Source: Lama glama | Lineage: Eukaryota | DNA: 64,000 nt | Direction of reading: 5' to 3' | NCBI GenBank assembly: GCA_028534125.1 | Contig: CM052818.1 | Span: 5,334,001 to 5,398,000 of the forward strand | Shown here: piece after piece, positions 52,460 through 64,000 of the stretch | How the letters are laid out: each line of letters opens with the position of its first letter | Numbering within the stretch: position 1 is the first letter of the stretch | Notes under the pieces: generated by a model | What the model was told of the DNA's origin: nothing | The model's input: the letters and a program-made list of their open reading frames with translations, nothing else | The model's database searches: none | Program-made: the position numbers and the translations under genes

Positions 52460-52600
52460 CTGAAGGAACCCCAGATTTTCTAGCCCAGTTCATTTTACAG
52501 GCAAAATTGAGAGGTGAAATGATTTGCCCAAGGTCACATGAATAAGTTATGGCAAAACTGGGATTGATCTCAGCCCTTCTAAGTTCAGCTTCCTTCCTCC
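52460..52600 (-). mobile_element. MIR/MIR3 SINE
   Basis: ttcattttacaggcaaaattgag...tgatttgcccaaggtcaca. Confidence 0.7.
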
Positions 52601-52816
52601 TAAAACAGAAGCAAAAATCTGAAAGGTTTGAAAGAAGCAACAGCTAGCTCAGTCATGAGAAGCTACTGAAGGGAACTGGGATGGGGGTGCACCAAGGAAC
52701 TGTTGACAGCAGTTTCAAAGAATAGAGGGAAGCTGTTCATTAGTAAAGTAATGGTGAGCAAGAAAAAGGAGCACCCCTGACAATTCTAGGATTCCAGGGG
52801 ATGTCTTACACTGATG

Positions 52817-53045
52817 CAGGTGGTTCACAATTAGGGATGATTTTGTCCCCCAGGGGATATATCTGGCATTGTCTTGAGAAATTTCTGGTTGTCACAATTT
52901 GGGTGTATGTTGGAGAAATGCTACCAGCAACTAGTGAATGGAAGCCAAGGATGCCGCTAAAGATTCTACAGCACATAGGGTAGATCCTTACAGGGAATGC
53001 TAATCTGATCCAAAGTGTCCCTGGTACCACGATTGAGAACTCCTG
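52817..53045 (+). mobile_element. MER20 hAT-Charlie MITE (near full length)
   Basis: gatgattttgtcccccagggga...tttctggttgtcacaa...gaagccaaggatgccgctaaa...ttgagaactcctg. Confidence 0.85.
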
Positions 53046-53499
53046 GGCTAATACATGCCAACTGCATCAGAACCAGCATCGGCTCTTATAACCCTTTACT
53101 GTCCTGAAATGAAATCCATAGGAATGATTGTCTGCATCCATAACTAAACACAAAGAAGACATAAAAATAAAACAGTTTATAAGAAATGTATCTGTAGTTC
53201 AGTATGTAATTTTCAGAGACAGGTACATGAGCGGGTGCTTGCACCTACTCACTGAATCGTCGTTAAGAACAAATGCTATGTATGAAGGGCTGGTAGCCGT
53301 GCATGTACCACAAAAGCTTTTGCTCACAATGACATGACTTTCTGAAATGGCGAACAAATCTTGATAAAGCTTTGAAAAAGTGAGATAACCTATCTCACTA
53401 ATTTTGCTGTCAGTATATATTGAGACCATGCAAAGATACTCTCTGCTTATTTGCAGAACAGAGTAGGTGTCCAGTGGGACATCCAGAAAGGCAGGAGGC

Positions 53500-53685
53500 G
53501 GGTCACGGGCCAGGGCTTACTCTGTAGGACTCTCCAGCACGTTGCAGGGCATGTAACGTCCCTGACCCCCACCTGGTAACTGCCAGCTGCACACCCCAAA
53601 CGTTGTAACAGTCTAAATCCACTCTCACATACATTTCTAAAATGCTTTCTGAGCAGACAGCACTTCCCCCTTTAAACATCAATAA
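53500..53685 (-). mobile_element. MER20B-like MITE
   Basis: gttgcagggcatgtaacgtccctgaccccc...tgccagctgcacacccc...catttctaaaatgc. Confidence 0.55.
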
Positions 53686-54489
53686 TCTGGACAAGAATGT
53701 AAATGTATACATAACATAAAGAAGTCTAATGATTGAATATAAAGCAGCTTTTTAAAGAGTAACTTTTGGGCAGTAAAAATGGAAATTGTCATGCATGCCA
53801 TTAGATTATAATTAGAACTTCTTTGGTAAGTTTTAATAAAACTCCAAATTGACTCCTAAAACTTCTTGTGCCCATGTTCTTTTCTTCTCAAAAAAAAAAA
53901 AACCCACATGGCACTTATTTTTCAATAATAAAAAATGGTGGTTTTTCTGATGCTCTTACTTCCAAATGTATATTTTTTTCTTTAAAACATGTTTCTTTTT
54001 AATGAAAGAACTTCAGGTTTTATTTCTGAGTAATCCCACAGTTCTTAGTTACGGCCATGACAGGCAAAACAAAACAAACAGCATCAACAAAACCATCCAT
54101 TTTCTGAAAAACTGCTGCTTAAATGAGTGATCAACGTAGTAATTTCTCTCCCATTAGAATGGACGTGTGTGTGTTCTAACAGTGCAGGGAGGGGCTATAT
54201 TTCCACGCCGTAGTAAGATTTTACGACAGCATCAACTCAGCAATTGATTAACTTTTGTTTTTCAAGCCAAGACACTATTTAAAAAACACCAGTTACTGAT
54301 TCTCAAATTCTTAAGCGATGTACAAACTGGAAGATTTAAGTGGTCACTTCAGTGTCTAAAAAAACGAGCTGGTGGAGGAGAATATTTTCTAGGTCTTTTA
54401 CTGATTCTTGACCAGATGGCTTTAAATCTTACTAAAGACAAATCACTGACATCATCTTAAACCATGGCCCAAACATGTGGGTGTGGTCT

Positions 54490-54672
54490 AAAGCAGAGGG
54501 TGGGAGAGTGGACGAGCTCATGGGGTTTGTAGGTTATTTCTACTCATAATCCTTCACCCAGAGCCACATCAATTTTATCAGCTTTATTTGTATACTTTCA
54601 CAAGATTTGGTTCCAACAAAGGATTTCCCCATCTAAAAAAAAAAAAAAAAAGAAAATTTGAAAACCACAACC
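54490..54672. mobile_element. hAT-Charlie-like MITE (subfamily uncertain)
   Basis: aagatttggttccaacaaaggatttc...tttgaaaaccac terminal motif. Confidence 0.4.
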
Positions 54673-55106
54673 CTAAGGGAAATTAGGCAGTAGAAGTAAA
54701 GAAATATAGGTCAAATTTCATCACAACAAATATTACTGTGACAAAAATCCCTATATAGCCCAAGACTTCTGAGCCCTCAGCAATAACCCATGTGTCTTAA
54801 GAAATATGCAGGACAACAAAATAGAAGAATCTGGACAATCTTTTTATTACAATGGCCTTTGACCTGTATTCTTTGCTTGGTGGAAGAATGAATCTTTAAG
54901 TTGGAATTCAGCATTACTAGTTTCCTCTAGGTAGAGCCATCTCCTTTTCAGTTCCCTTGATACCTGCCAAATGTTTATGGGGAAATAAAAGATCTGAGTG
55001 GTTAAAGGCCACACCTAGGTGTATACTCCCTAAATTCTAATTACTACTCAACTCCAATTCCAATAACAGGAGGAAGGATCATGACAAAAGGAATATTGAG
55101 GCCCCA

Positions 55107-55583
55107 TATGATAGAGACAGCTGGTTGCCACCCAATGCCCATTTTCTCTTTCTTGTTATCCAACACCTGATTTTTAACCTGCATACACTGGCATCTGATG
55201 TACAGTCTACGTTTTCCACCTTCCTTGATACTAAATATGGCTAACAAAATTTTAAAATGCTGTGTGGGTCTTCAGAGAAGTTCACTTAAAAGGAGCAGTC
55301 TTAGCACAGAAGAGCTGCCAACTTCTTTTCTGTCTCTAGAAGTCAGTGATCATGGCTAGGACTTCCACTGCCATCTGGGAAAATTAGTTGTCCTTGAAGA
55401 TGCAAACCATGAGTTGTGAAGCAGAAAAACAGAAGACTCTTGAGTTCCTAGCGCTTTTGGTGAGCCACTAAACAGCCCTGGGCTGTCTGTCTCTGAACCC
55501 TCTCTTGCACAAAAGAAGAAGTATTTGTTTGACTTATCCACGGCTTTGGGATTCTGTTACTAGCAGCCAAATCTAACTGATAC
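55107..55583 (+). mobile_element. MLT1J/K-like (ERVL-MaLR) LTR
   Basis: ccactgccatctggga...gagccactaaacagccctgggctg...ttctgttactagcagccaaatctaactgataca. Confidence 0.75.
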
Positions 55584-55869
55584 ATCATCCTATCCTAAGC
55601 AGCATATCCTTCTTCCCTGTGTACCATGGGATTATATTGCTTCTATTATCTATTCAATCAAAATATACTATGTACCTTTATTACATATCAGGACCTGTGC
55701 TGCGACTTAAAGTTTTAGCAACTGAGATCAATAAGACATGCACGTTTCCTTCATGGAAATATCTCTTATTCGTCATTCTAATAGGCAGCATGATATCCTT
55801 AAGGGAGATTATAGGGCCATCCTAAAAAAAAATGCCTTAAAATTCTAATGGAGCTTGTCATGTGTTAGT

Positions 55870-56180
55870 TTTATTATTTTTTTTTTACAATTTACAATTG
55901 CTTTCAGGTTCGTTGAAGTATCATCAATACAATAAACTGCACATTTTAAGGCCATAATTTGATAAGGTTTGAAATACACATACACCCATGAAACCATCGC
56001 CACAATCAACATAGTAAATACATCCATCGTCCCTACACAACTCCTTGTGTGCTTGACAACCCTTCATATCCACCCTTCCCACCTCCAATCTCATCTTCAT
56101 GCAACCGCTAATCTGTTTTCTTCGCCTGTATATTAGCTTGCATTGCACTTTATAAAGTTTTGTATCAATGTGCTAGTTTT
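55870..56180 (-). mobile_element. Old L1M 3' UTR
   Basis: aataaactgcacattttaag...tacacccatgaaaccatcgccacaatcaacatagtaaatacatccatc. Confidence 0.85.
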
Positions 56181-56547
56181 TTTTTAACCAACAATTCTGA
56201 TGGAAAGGCACATGGCTATACACTAGCATGTTTTGCTCAGTCTAGAGAGAGAATCTATTTTCTGGATTTCTAAGATGGCAAGCTATTCTGTCACTGTTTC
56301 CCATAATTTATGGGACTTTATCTGAGGTTAGCTACATACAGATAAGAAAAGAGGAATCTTTGGTGTCCACCCTTTCAATTATATGCACTGCCAATGATAA
56401 ATATTTTTGTTTGTATGTATGGGTGGATGCCAAAGTGAGACTTACACATATCACATGATTGCTGGAACAGGGAAGTTACTAACAAGGATTCCCATTTAAT
56501 TCAGGATTCTTACTGGCTTCTAGATGCTCTCTTTGTCTTAGGGCATA

Positions 56548-56586
56548 GTGTGTGCACATGCGCGTGCACACACACACACACACACA
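56548..56586. repeat. Alternating purine-pyrimidine tract (TG/CG/CA)
   Basis: gtgtgtgcacatgcgcgtgcacacacacac... read directly. Confidence 0.93.
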
Positions 56587-58869
56587 ACTTTTTAAAAGAA
56601 TTTCAAATGTTACAAGTACATAGACTTTTTAATGATAGCATATATTTTCCCTTAATTATTTCAACTGTGTCTTCGACATACAAATTAACACTCAGTTCAA
56701 CTGATAAGAAGCCAAACATCTCCTAGTAATTGTGGGATACAATTTCTCAAGACATTATTGAAAGTACTTCTTTAAGGAAAAAGAATCCCTTATACCGCAC
56801 AATAAAGCTCTGGAAATTCAAAGACATCTAACTCCTATAGGTTTCTAGCTCTGGAGGGCTGGCACAGTGCCAAGTTAGGAAACTGTATTTGAATGGATTT
56901 GACTCAAACTCATAAAAGATCCCATCCCATGTCATGGGGGAAGCAACTTAAGAAAGCCCCTTTGTAAGTGGCCACAGATCATCATGTGTGACCCTACCTC
57001 CACCCAGACTTGCTGCCTCTTTCGGGTCATTAGCCACCGATGACTGCTACTGATGACTACACAGTGCCAAAGACAGTAGACAAGGGGGAAAAGTAAACTT
57101 AAAGAGTCCCTGCTCTCGAATCTTTTTCCCTTCCTACTCTTGGACCGCATTCTGAATTCCTCCAAGCGGTGTTGTTTAGATGTTTGGATTAGACTCTGGT
57201 TTTGCCAACATCGCATCTGTTTTCTCCCTCCACGAAAGGAATCAAGTGTAGGGTGGAAACAGCTCATTGCCTATGTAAGAAGATCGGTCCCTGCAAACCA
57301 GGACAGAGCCAAAACCATTAAGCCATTCGGCTTCGTGTTCTCATGTTTCAGAGCTCTCTTACTCACCCGCTGCAGTGGGAGACTTTCTGACGTGCTCCTG
57401 ACCTCTCAGGGATAAGTAGCTGGCACCTCAGCCCCGTGCCGTTAACACACAAGGCTTTTTGTTCAGTCTAGAGGCGGTGCTGCCTGACCTTGTGGTCTGG
57501 GCTCATGTACGGGACAAATTAGATGGTGTGATTCGAGGGGTACTGAGAAATTCTCTCCCTTCTCCTCCTTTTCCTACCACCCAGCCACCACCTTACCAAG
57601 TACTTAAAACATCTCCCAGATCACTGACTGCCAGCTGATCATCAAGTCATCTTGAACGGTCAAGAGGACAAATGGAATCCATACGGGGAATGCTGACCAT
57701 TCACGGGATGCTACCTGATTAAATGGAAATACACAGGATAAAGATGCCAGTTGTACCTCTTAAAGCTGCTGCCAGTCTCTCATCCACATCCATCGCTTCT
57801 TTGATTCTTTCACCGCATGTAGAAAGTGCTCAGTAATCATGTCTACCTGACAAAAAAGAGATATAAAAGAGTGCATGGAACACTGACTGGCGAGCTCTCA
57901 CTTAGTTTGCTAGACATAAAGGGACTGAAATCCCTCCTGACTGAATGTCAATTTCTAACCCTAATTCTCTTAGTTTTGTCCACAACATCTTTCACGTTCC
58001 TCTTTATAGAGTTCTAAACACACATCTCTGAATGTCTCTGGACCCACATGAGCAAAATAATCAGATTCCTTTTTCAAAAACAGAGTGTGTCCCAGCTTAC
58101 TCGAGTAAAGCACGACAGTAGGGCAGCTGCAGGGGCTGTGGACTAGGACTCGAGATGTGGAGAGCAGTTTTGGCCCTGCTGTCCTGAGGCCACCACTACT
58201 GGGGGCAGCCACACAATTTCATGTTCCAACAGGACACTTCCAAGTGTGAGACAAAGGTGCTAATAAACATTAAGCTAGAGCAACAGGTGTACACTGAGCT
58301 AACCAGGACATAAGCTCACCTGAGAATCTAGGCAAGTCAACCTCTCCGGGAACTTCAGTTCCATCATCCACAACGCTGAGAGCAAGACCAGATCACCTGC
58401 GTCGTTTCCTCAGCGCTAAAGCATTTAGTCAAGAGCCAGTCTTCATTTTATTCCTAACTTCTCAACTACATTTAAAAATAGGAATACACACTTTGTTTTT
58501 TCACTTCTCTTACATCTCTATTCAATGGAAATTTCTGGCCACGCAAAATCCTCTTGGAGATCAATTTCAGGGGAGTTAGTCTTTCTAATGGTCTGTCCCT
58601 AGATGTGCAGCAGCTCCCCAGCACTGTCAGAAATGCAGTTATCCAGAGAGAGGTGTGGGCCACTATTTCCCTGAGTGTATTTTTCTTTTAATTATAGGAA
58701 TAGAAGGAGTGATGGAAACAGTGATGGGAAGATTGATGCAGGATATTTGTTCTTCATAGCTGAACCCGGTTCTATGTCCTTGGACTCCAGTTTTCAAGAG
58801 CTGCCTCATCTCCATCCATCACCATCCATCAGCCACAAGGATGCATCACACACCCTTATTCTGAACTAG

Positions 58870-59070
58870 CCAGGAGCTTACACGTGGCCCTTCTTCCCAG
58901 CCAACAGGAATACCAATGTATTCCTTACGTATGTATTATTTCACTTGATCCTCATATCAACTCTGTATGAACATTAGATGATTCAAAGAAAACAAGTGAC
59001 TCGTCTAAAGATTCACAGCCAGCATGCAGCAGTCAGAACTGGAACCCAGTTCAATTTTATTATGCCATGC
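58870..59070 (-). mobile_element. MIR SINE
   Basis: tattatttcacttgatcctcatatcaactctgtatga...aagtgactcgtctaaagattcacagccag. Confidence 0.6.
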
Positions 59071-60489
59071 TCCATCTCAGGAAATCCTGCGACTGATGAG
59101 GTAAAAAGATGGATAATGCATAGTAACTTTTGTTTTATAAAATATTCAAACTATTTTGAAATACCAGAAATATGATAGTGGGGATGGCAAAAACCATGTG
59201 CTTAGTTACAGGTCAAGGTATGAAATTCTTCTCGCTCGGTATTTAATGATTCCTTCCACATGGCTGTCCTTACTCAATCCCCAGCTAAGGGGATGTTACA
59301 GATAACTCTTCCCCATCCCCCCTCCAAAAAAAATCTCACAGCATATTAGAGCCAGAACTTACAGATCACCCAACGGTGTTGTATCCTGATTTTTTTAAAA
59401 AAAATCTCACTTAACCCATGTAAATGGATAGAATGGGCAAAAGTATTCAGTGTTGTAATCACAGATTTAAAAGGAACATCCACAGAAAGGGTTTTAATCC
59501 TTGAACTCTTTTTTTCAATCCTTGAACTTGTAAAAGGCATATTAAACACTTCATTTTAAAAATGCTGAACAACTCAAGGGCTTTTACATACTCATTAAGA
59601 GAAAGAAAATTAAATTCCAGGCTCCCTGGAAAAATCCACTGGGCCATTTGAAGGTAGTCCTCTTGTTCCCTATTATGACTGCCAAGGAAACTGAGTTAAC
59701 CACTTCCCCAGAAAGACTTGGGATTGGATTTCGATTTCAAAATTTAGGTGCTTTAAATAATCATGAAATACGTTCAAATCCATGTTAAATGCTGAAGTAT
59801 TTATAAATATTTCTTTTAAATACACAAATTTTAAAGTTCATCCAGACAGGTGCAGGGATATATCACGTGCCAACAAACTGCCAAAACTTTTGACAAAGAG
59901 TCAACAAATTGTGGCAATGTTTTTAGAAGAGCACGGGTCTTTGTGTGACATAAAATCCAATGCCAGGGAAAATGACCAGCTCCATCTGCAGTAACTCAAT
60001 AAAAAAAGAAAAGTTAAAAAAGAATTTTCATCTTTCTGCAGATGTCATTTGCCTTGCCAAGAAATTAGGTCATGTAAACCATTACTCTGTCTGACTTAGC
60101 CTTAAAAGCCTCTGGACCTAATAGGTGAGCAAGGTGTGGGAACTGCCATCAAAATCGGGTTCTCCAAGCTGAGTTAAGAGACTATGACACATTCAAGTAA
60201 TCTCTGCCAAAGAACAGTGAAGCCACAAGATACTGGACTCCGAAGAGAAAACACACCAATGCTTTCTTGAAGAGTCACAACTTAGAACAAGAAACTAGAA
60301 TAATTGTTTAAAGTGTCATTGGAGCATTAAAATTCATTACACACTCAGAAGTAAACCCTCTTATAAGGTGTGTTTCGTTTAGGGACTGATTTTCAATTTG
60401 TTTTGTACTTTTCTCAGATGTAAGCAACAGGTTACCAGGATCAGAAATAGATATACTCAAAGATTATGGGTGAGTTTCGTGTTTATCAT

Positions 60490-60800
60490 CCAATATTAGC
60501 AGTCAGTATTTACTGCAGACTCAATAAAGGCAAGGTGCTCTGCTAGGAATCACAGGATTTTTAAATCTCATAATACGCAACAGCAACAACTGGGGTGTGA
60601 CCTTGGCCTTCAGAGTCCATCCTCTAGCTGGGGGAGTCAGATACCAACACCTACCAACATAACCCACAAGTACAAGGTAATAAAAGGTAAGTGCTACGTA
60701 ACTAGTGGAGGAGAATAAACAAGGGGTAGGTCACTTAAGGGAGGAGCGATCAAGAAAATCTTTATATAAGAGGGAAGATTGAAAATGTGCTCTGAAAGAT
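60490..60800 (-). mobile_element. L2 LINE fragment(s)
   Basis: cagtatttactgcag...aggcaaggtgctctgctagg...ggccttcagagtccatcctctagctgggggagtcaga. Confidence 0.6.
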
Positions 60801-60849
60801 GTAACTAAACATATATAAAATAAGATATATTTTCTTAAATATTCTATTT

Positions 60850-61790
60850 AAAACTTACTACATCAGAATGTTAAGAAAATAAATGAACAAGCTGAAGACA
60901 GAGAAGAAATATTTGCAGGACACATGTCGTCTCACAAAGGATTTGTATCCACAATTTGTAAAGAGGTCCTACAACTCAATAGTAAAAACACAAACAATCC
61001 AATTTAAAAATGGGCAAAAGATTGAAAGGGACAGTTCACAAAAGAAGATATATGAACAGTAGAAGTGCACGTGAAATTATGCTCAACGTCACTGGTCATC
61101 AAGAAAATGCGAATTGAAATCACAGTGGCATACTGTCTCACACCTACTAGAATGGTAAAATTAAAAAGATTGACAATATCAAATGTGAGTGAGGATGTGG
61201 ATCAAATGGGTTTCACGTATATTGATGGCAATAGTGTAAAAGTTACAACCTCTGAAAAAGTGGCAATTTGTCATAAAGTTAAACTCATTACCTGTCTTAT
61301 AACCCCCAAATTCTATATCAGGTATTTGCCCAAGAGGAATAAAAACAGATAGCCATAGGAAAATTTGTATAAGAATGTTTAAAGCAACTTTACAAGGGCC
61401 TACAGCTGGAAAGAATTAAATTTTCTTCAACAAGGAAATAGATAAACAAATTGGGTCACATTCATACAACAGGACTATGACTTGGCAATACAAAGAAATG
61501 AATCATGAGTATATGCAACAACATGAAACTCAGCTGTATGAGTTAATTTATTTGAAGTACAAGAATGGGCAGATGATGAAAACCAAAGCACACCCCCCTG
61601 CGAGGTGGAGCTGTCTGGAAAGTCGCATGATGAAATCTCCAGGATGGTGGAAATGTTCTAGGTCTGGATTTGGGTGTGACTTACATGAGTGTATGCATTT
61701 GACAAAACTAAATGAACTGTACACGGATCAAATGATCAGGGCATTTCCCTCTGCAGATAACACTTCAATAGAAAGAACAACAGCAAATAA
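60850..61790 (+). mobile_element. Old L1 (L1ME-like) ORF2 end plus 3' UTR
   Basis: caaacaatccaatttaaaaatgggcaaaaga...ttcacaaaagaagatata; ORF 61065-61352 is a decayed ORF2 remnant. Confidence 0.85.
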
Positions 61791-61923
61791 TAATGTGTTT
61801 TCAACTAAGAAGTTTATTTCTATGTTATTTAAGTATCACAGTATCAAAAATATGGAAATCTCTCTAATTTATTTTCCAAAAATTCCTATATCCCTGATTA
61901 TAAAACCTACTGTTGTGAAGGAA

Positions 61924-61925
<2 letters not shown>

Positions 61926-61957
<32 letters not shown>
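61926..61957 (+). repeat. (AC)16 microsatellite
   Basis: Read directly. Confidence 0.97.
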
Positions 61958-61959
<2 letters not shown>

Positions 61960-62082
61960 CCTCTACCAAACTGAATCTAACGTTATACTAAAAGGATTAT
62001 AAACTATGAGCAAGTCACCTTTATTTCTGGAAAATGAATATAATGTATCACAGAAAATCAAAGTATAAAAAACACTAACATT

Positions 62083-62251
62083 TAAAATCCAAATTTCTTC
62101 TGTATAGCACAGGAAACTATATTCAATATCTTGTGATAAACTTTAATGAAAAAGAATATAAAAATGAATATATGTATATATAAGCATGACTGGGACATTA
62201 TGCTGTATACCAGAAACTGACAAATTATAACTGACTATACTTCAATAAAAA
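62083..62251 (+). mobile_element. Camelid-type L1 3' tail with TSD, nested in older L1-like A-rich sequence
   Basis: tttcttctgtatagcacaggaaactatattcaatatcttg...gcatgactgggacattatgctgtataccagaaactgac; aaaaacactaacatt (62068-62082) vs aagagcactatcatt (62252-62266). Confidence 0.88.
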
Positions 62252-64000
62252 AAGAGCACTATCATTGGACAGGGGTTGTAGAAGGATTTGATAATAATGA
62301 ACATTCATACTTGATTTCTAAAAACAGCTAGATAGGGGTAATAAGGCAATTCCTTTAAAGTTAAAAAGTCTATCACAACACACACATACTAAAAATCCTA
62401 ATTAATGTGTCATACTGACATCACTTCCATTAAATTCAAAACAAGATAAGGCTAATATTTCAATAATTATTTCTGTTCTGGAGGTTCTGAGGTAATGATA
62501 CAAGAAAGTAAAAGACGTACAAACTTTAAAAATGTGAAAATATAGGACAACTGATCATTTTCTCATAAGTGTAAAAAGGATGGATTACTTAATAAGGAGA
62601 TTAGTGTAACTTTCTAACGTTTAGAAAATATAAATTTCATAGTACACCCCGAAGAAATGAGAAGTGAATTACATTTTAAATTGAAAGCAAACAACCATAA
62701 AGCCACTAAAAATAATTATAGGTTAAAATAGACATAATTTTATGGTGGTTGAAAACATTGTAAACTTAAACCTACGGCAAAAGCCTTAAAAAGAAAATAA
62801 ACAAAATTGGGGGAAATCTCTTTTTAAAAAGTCAAAAGTTTCTCAAGTTTTTCTATCCACAGTATATACAGAACATTTGTTTGTAATTGCTGCAAATTAC
62901 AAGCAAAAGACGTGAAAGACAGGCAAAGGGTATGAAAAGGAAAATGAAAAATAAAAAATAAAAGTAGTTAAGATTTGTTGCTAGTGAATTTAATTAACAA
63001 ATTACCGTTTTTACCACACAAGTCAAATTGGTAATATTTAAAGTAAAAATGACAGTATCTACAAACAACAGTAAGACAGTGAAAACGGCCTAAATGAATA
63101 GAAATAAGTAATTGTCTTAACAAATCATGGTATGACTGTATCACAAAAGACGATGCTTCCATTATAGTCATATGCTGTATAAGAAAACATTAATGAAAAT
63201 ACAGAGAATGATTGTTCAGTGAATAAAATATGGTGTCTAATATCTTTGTAACTTGACACCATTTTTGAAAAATAAATACTCATTTTTTTCAAAAAGACTA
63301 GAGCATATATACCAAAAATCTTAAAAACATTGTTTTCTCTGAGTAATAAAATGAATAATACATTTGTGAGGTTTTTTTTTTTTTTGCTATACTGTCCAAC
63401 TTTGTCTACATCAAAAAAGAAATAAAAGATTACTTTGCCATCAGAGAAAATACATAAACAAATGATAAAGCTATATGCCATAAAATTTTAAAGCTAAACA
63501 TAATAACCCTGATTCATAGAAGTAAATTATCTTTGTTATTCTTCAGTGGAAAAAGAGATGCATTTTCTAGTCCTGATACCATATACTGTTTACAGAAGGA
63601 GAAAGAAAAAGTAAAAGAAGAAATGCCAGCCTAAGCTCTGACAAGTAGATAGATGAATTTTTTGATTTCAGAATCTTATGGATTTTTTTAATACCAAAGA
63701 TCAGAATGATAGTAAATGTTCAAACTTAATTACTGCTATTGACACTTTGGGACAAAATGAGAAAATCACAAAATAGCTGCCCAGAGATAGATCCTACAGA
63801 TATGCATATTTCCCTGGATATATAAGTAGTGGTAACCATACAAGGTAGGCTGTTTTTTTAAACAAAGCTGAGCCTCATGGGCCGGCGTGAGTCAGTGAGA
63901 GCTGACACGAAACGCAGTAATTTAACATGACCATTAATGTTTTTTGAAAACGTTGAACTCTGGATCCAACATGAGCTATCAGCATGGATACCTGAGCTGG

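Noticed and set aside
58698..58745. EF-hand-like peptide DGNSDGKIDAGY after a good acceptor
   Set aside because: Loop position 12 is Tyr rather than Glu/Asp, there are no convincing flanking helices and no nearby donor; likely chance
1..64000. tRNA, rRNA, snRNA, CRISPR or prokaryotic/viral defence system
   Set aside because: No such signatures were seen; the window is mammalian non-coding DNA dominated by interspersed repeats

Overview
This is mammalian, essentially non-coding genomic DNA. The likely source is a camelid (camel/alpaca lineage), inferred from the L1 3' tails and from the absence of any Alu, Bov-tA/A2, PRE-1, Can-SINE or ERE SINEs that I could recognise. I found no protein-coding exon, RNA gene, CRISPR array or prokaryotic-type system. 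The ORF track consists of chance ORFs and decayed L1 ORF2 remnants. Much of the window is interspersed repeat: ancient MIR and L2, L1M fragments, MaLR LTRs, an ERV-type solo LTR, hAT/Tigger MITEs (MER58, MER102, MER5A, MER81, MER2, MER20), and several lineage-type L1 3' ends with visible target-site duplications (TSDs). There is one 100-N assembly gap. The repeat-poor stretches look like intronic or gene-desert regulatory DNA. The best second-look items are a palindrome-rich TGACA/HOX/bZIP motif cluster at ~28.3-28.45 kb, a possible minus-strand exon at ~42.6-42.9 kb, an L1 whose RT region is internally deleted (~46.27 kb), a 25-bp near-perfect palindrome (21.36 kb) and a few well-formed candidate micro-exons. 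I found no convincing novel biological system. Repeat subfamily names come from remembered consensus motifs and repeat boundaries are approximate.
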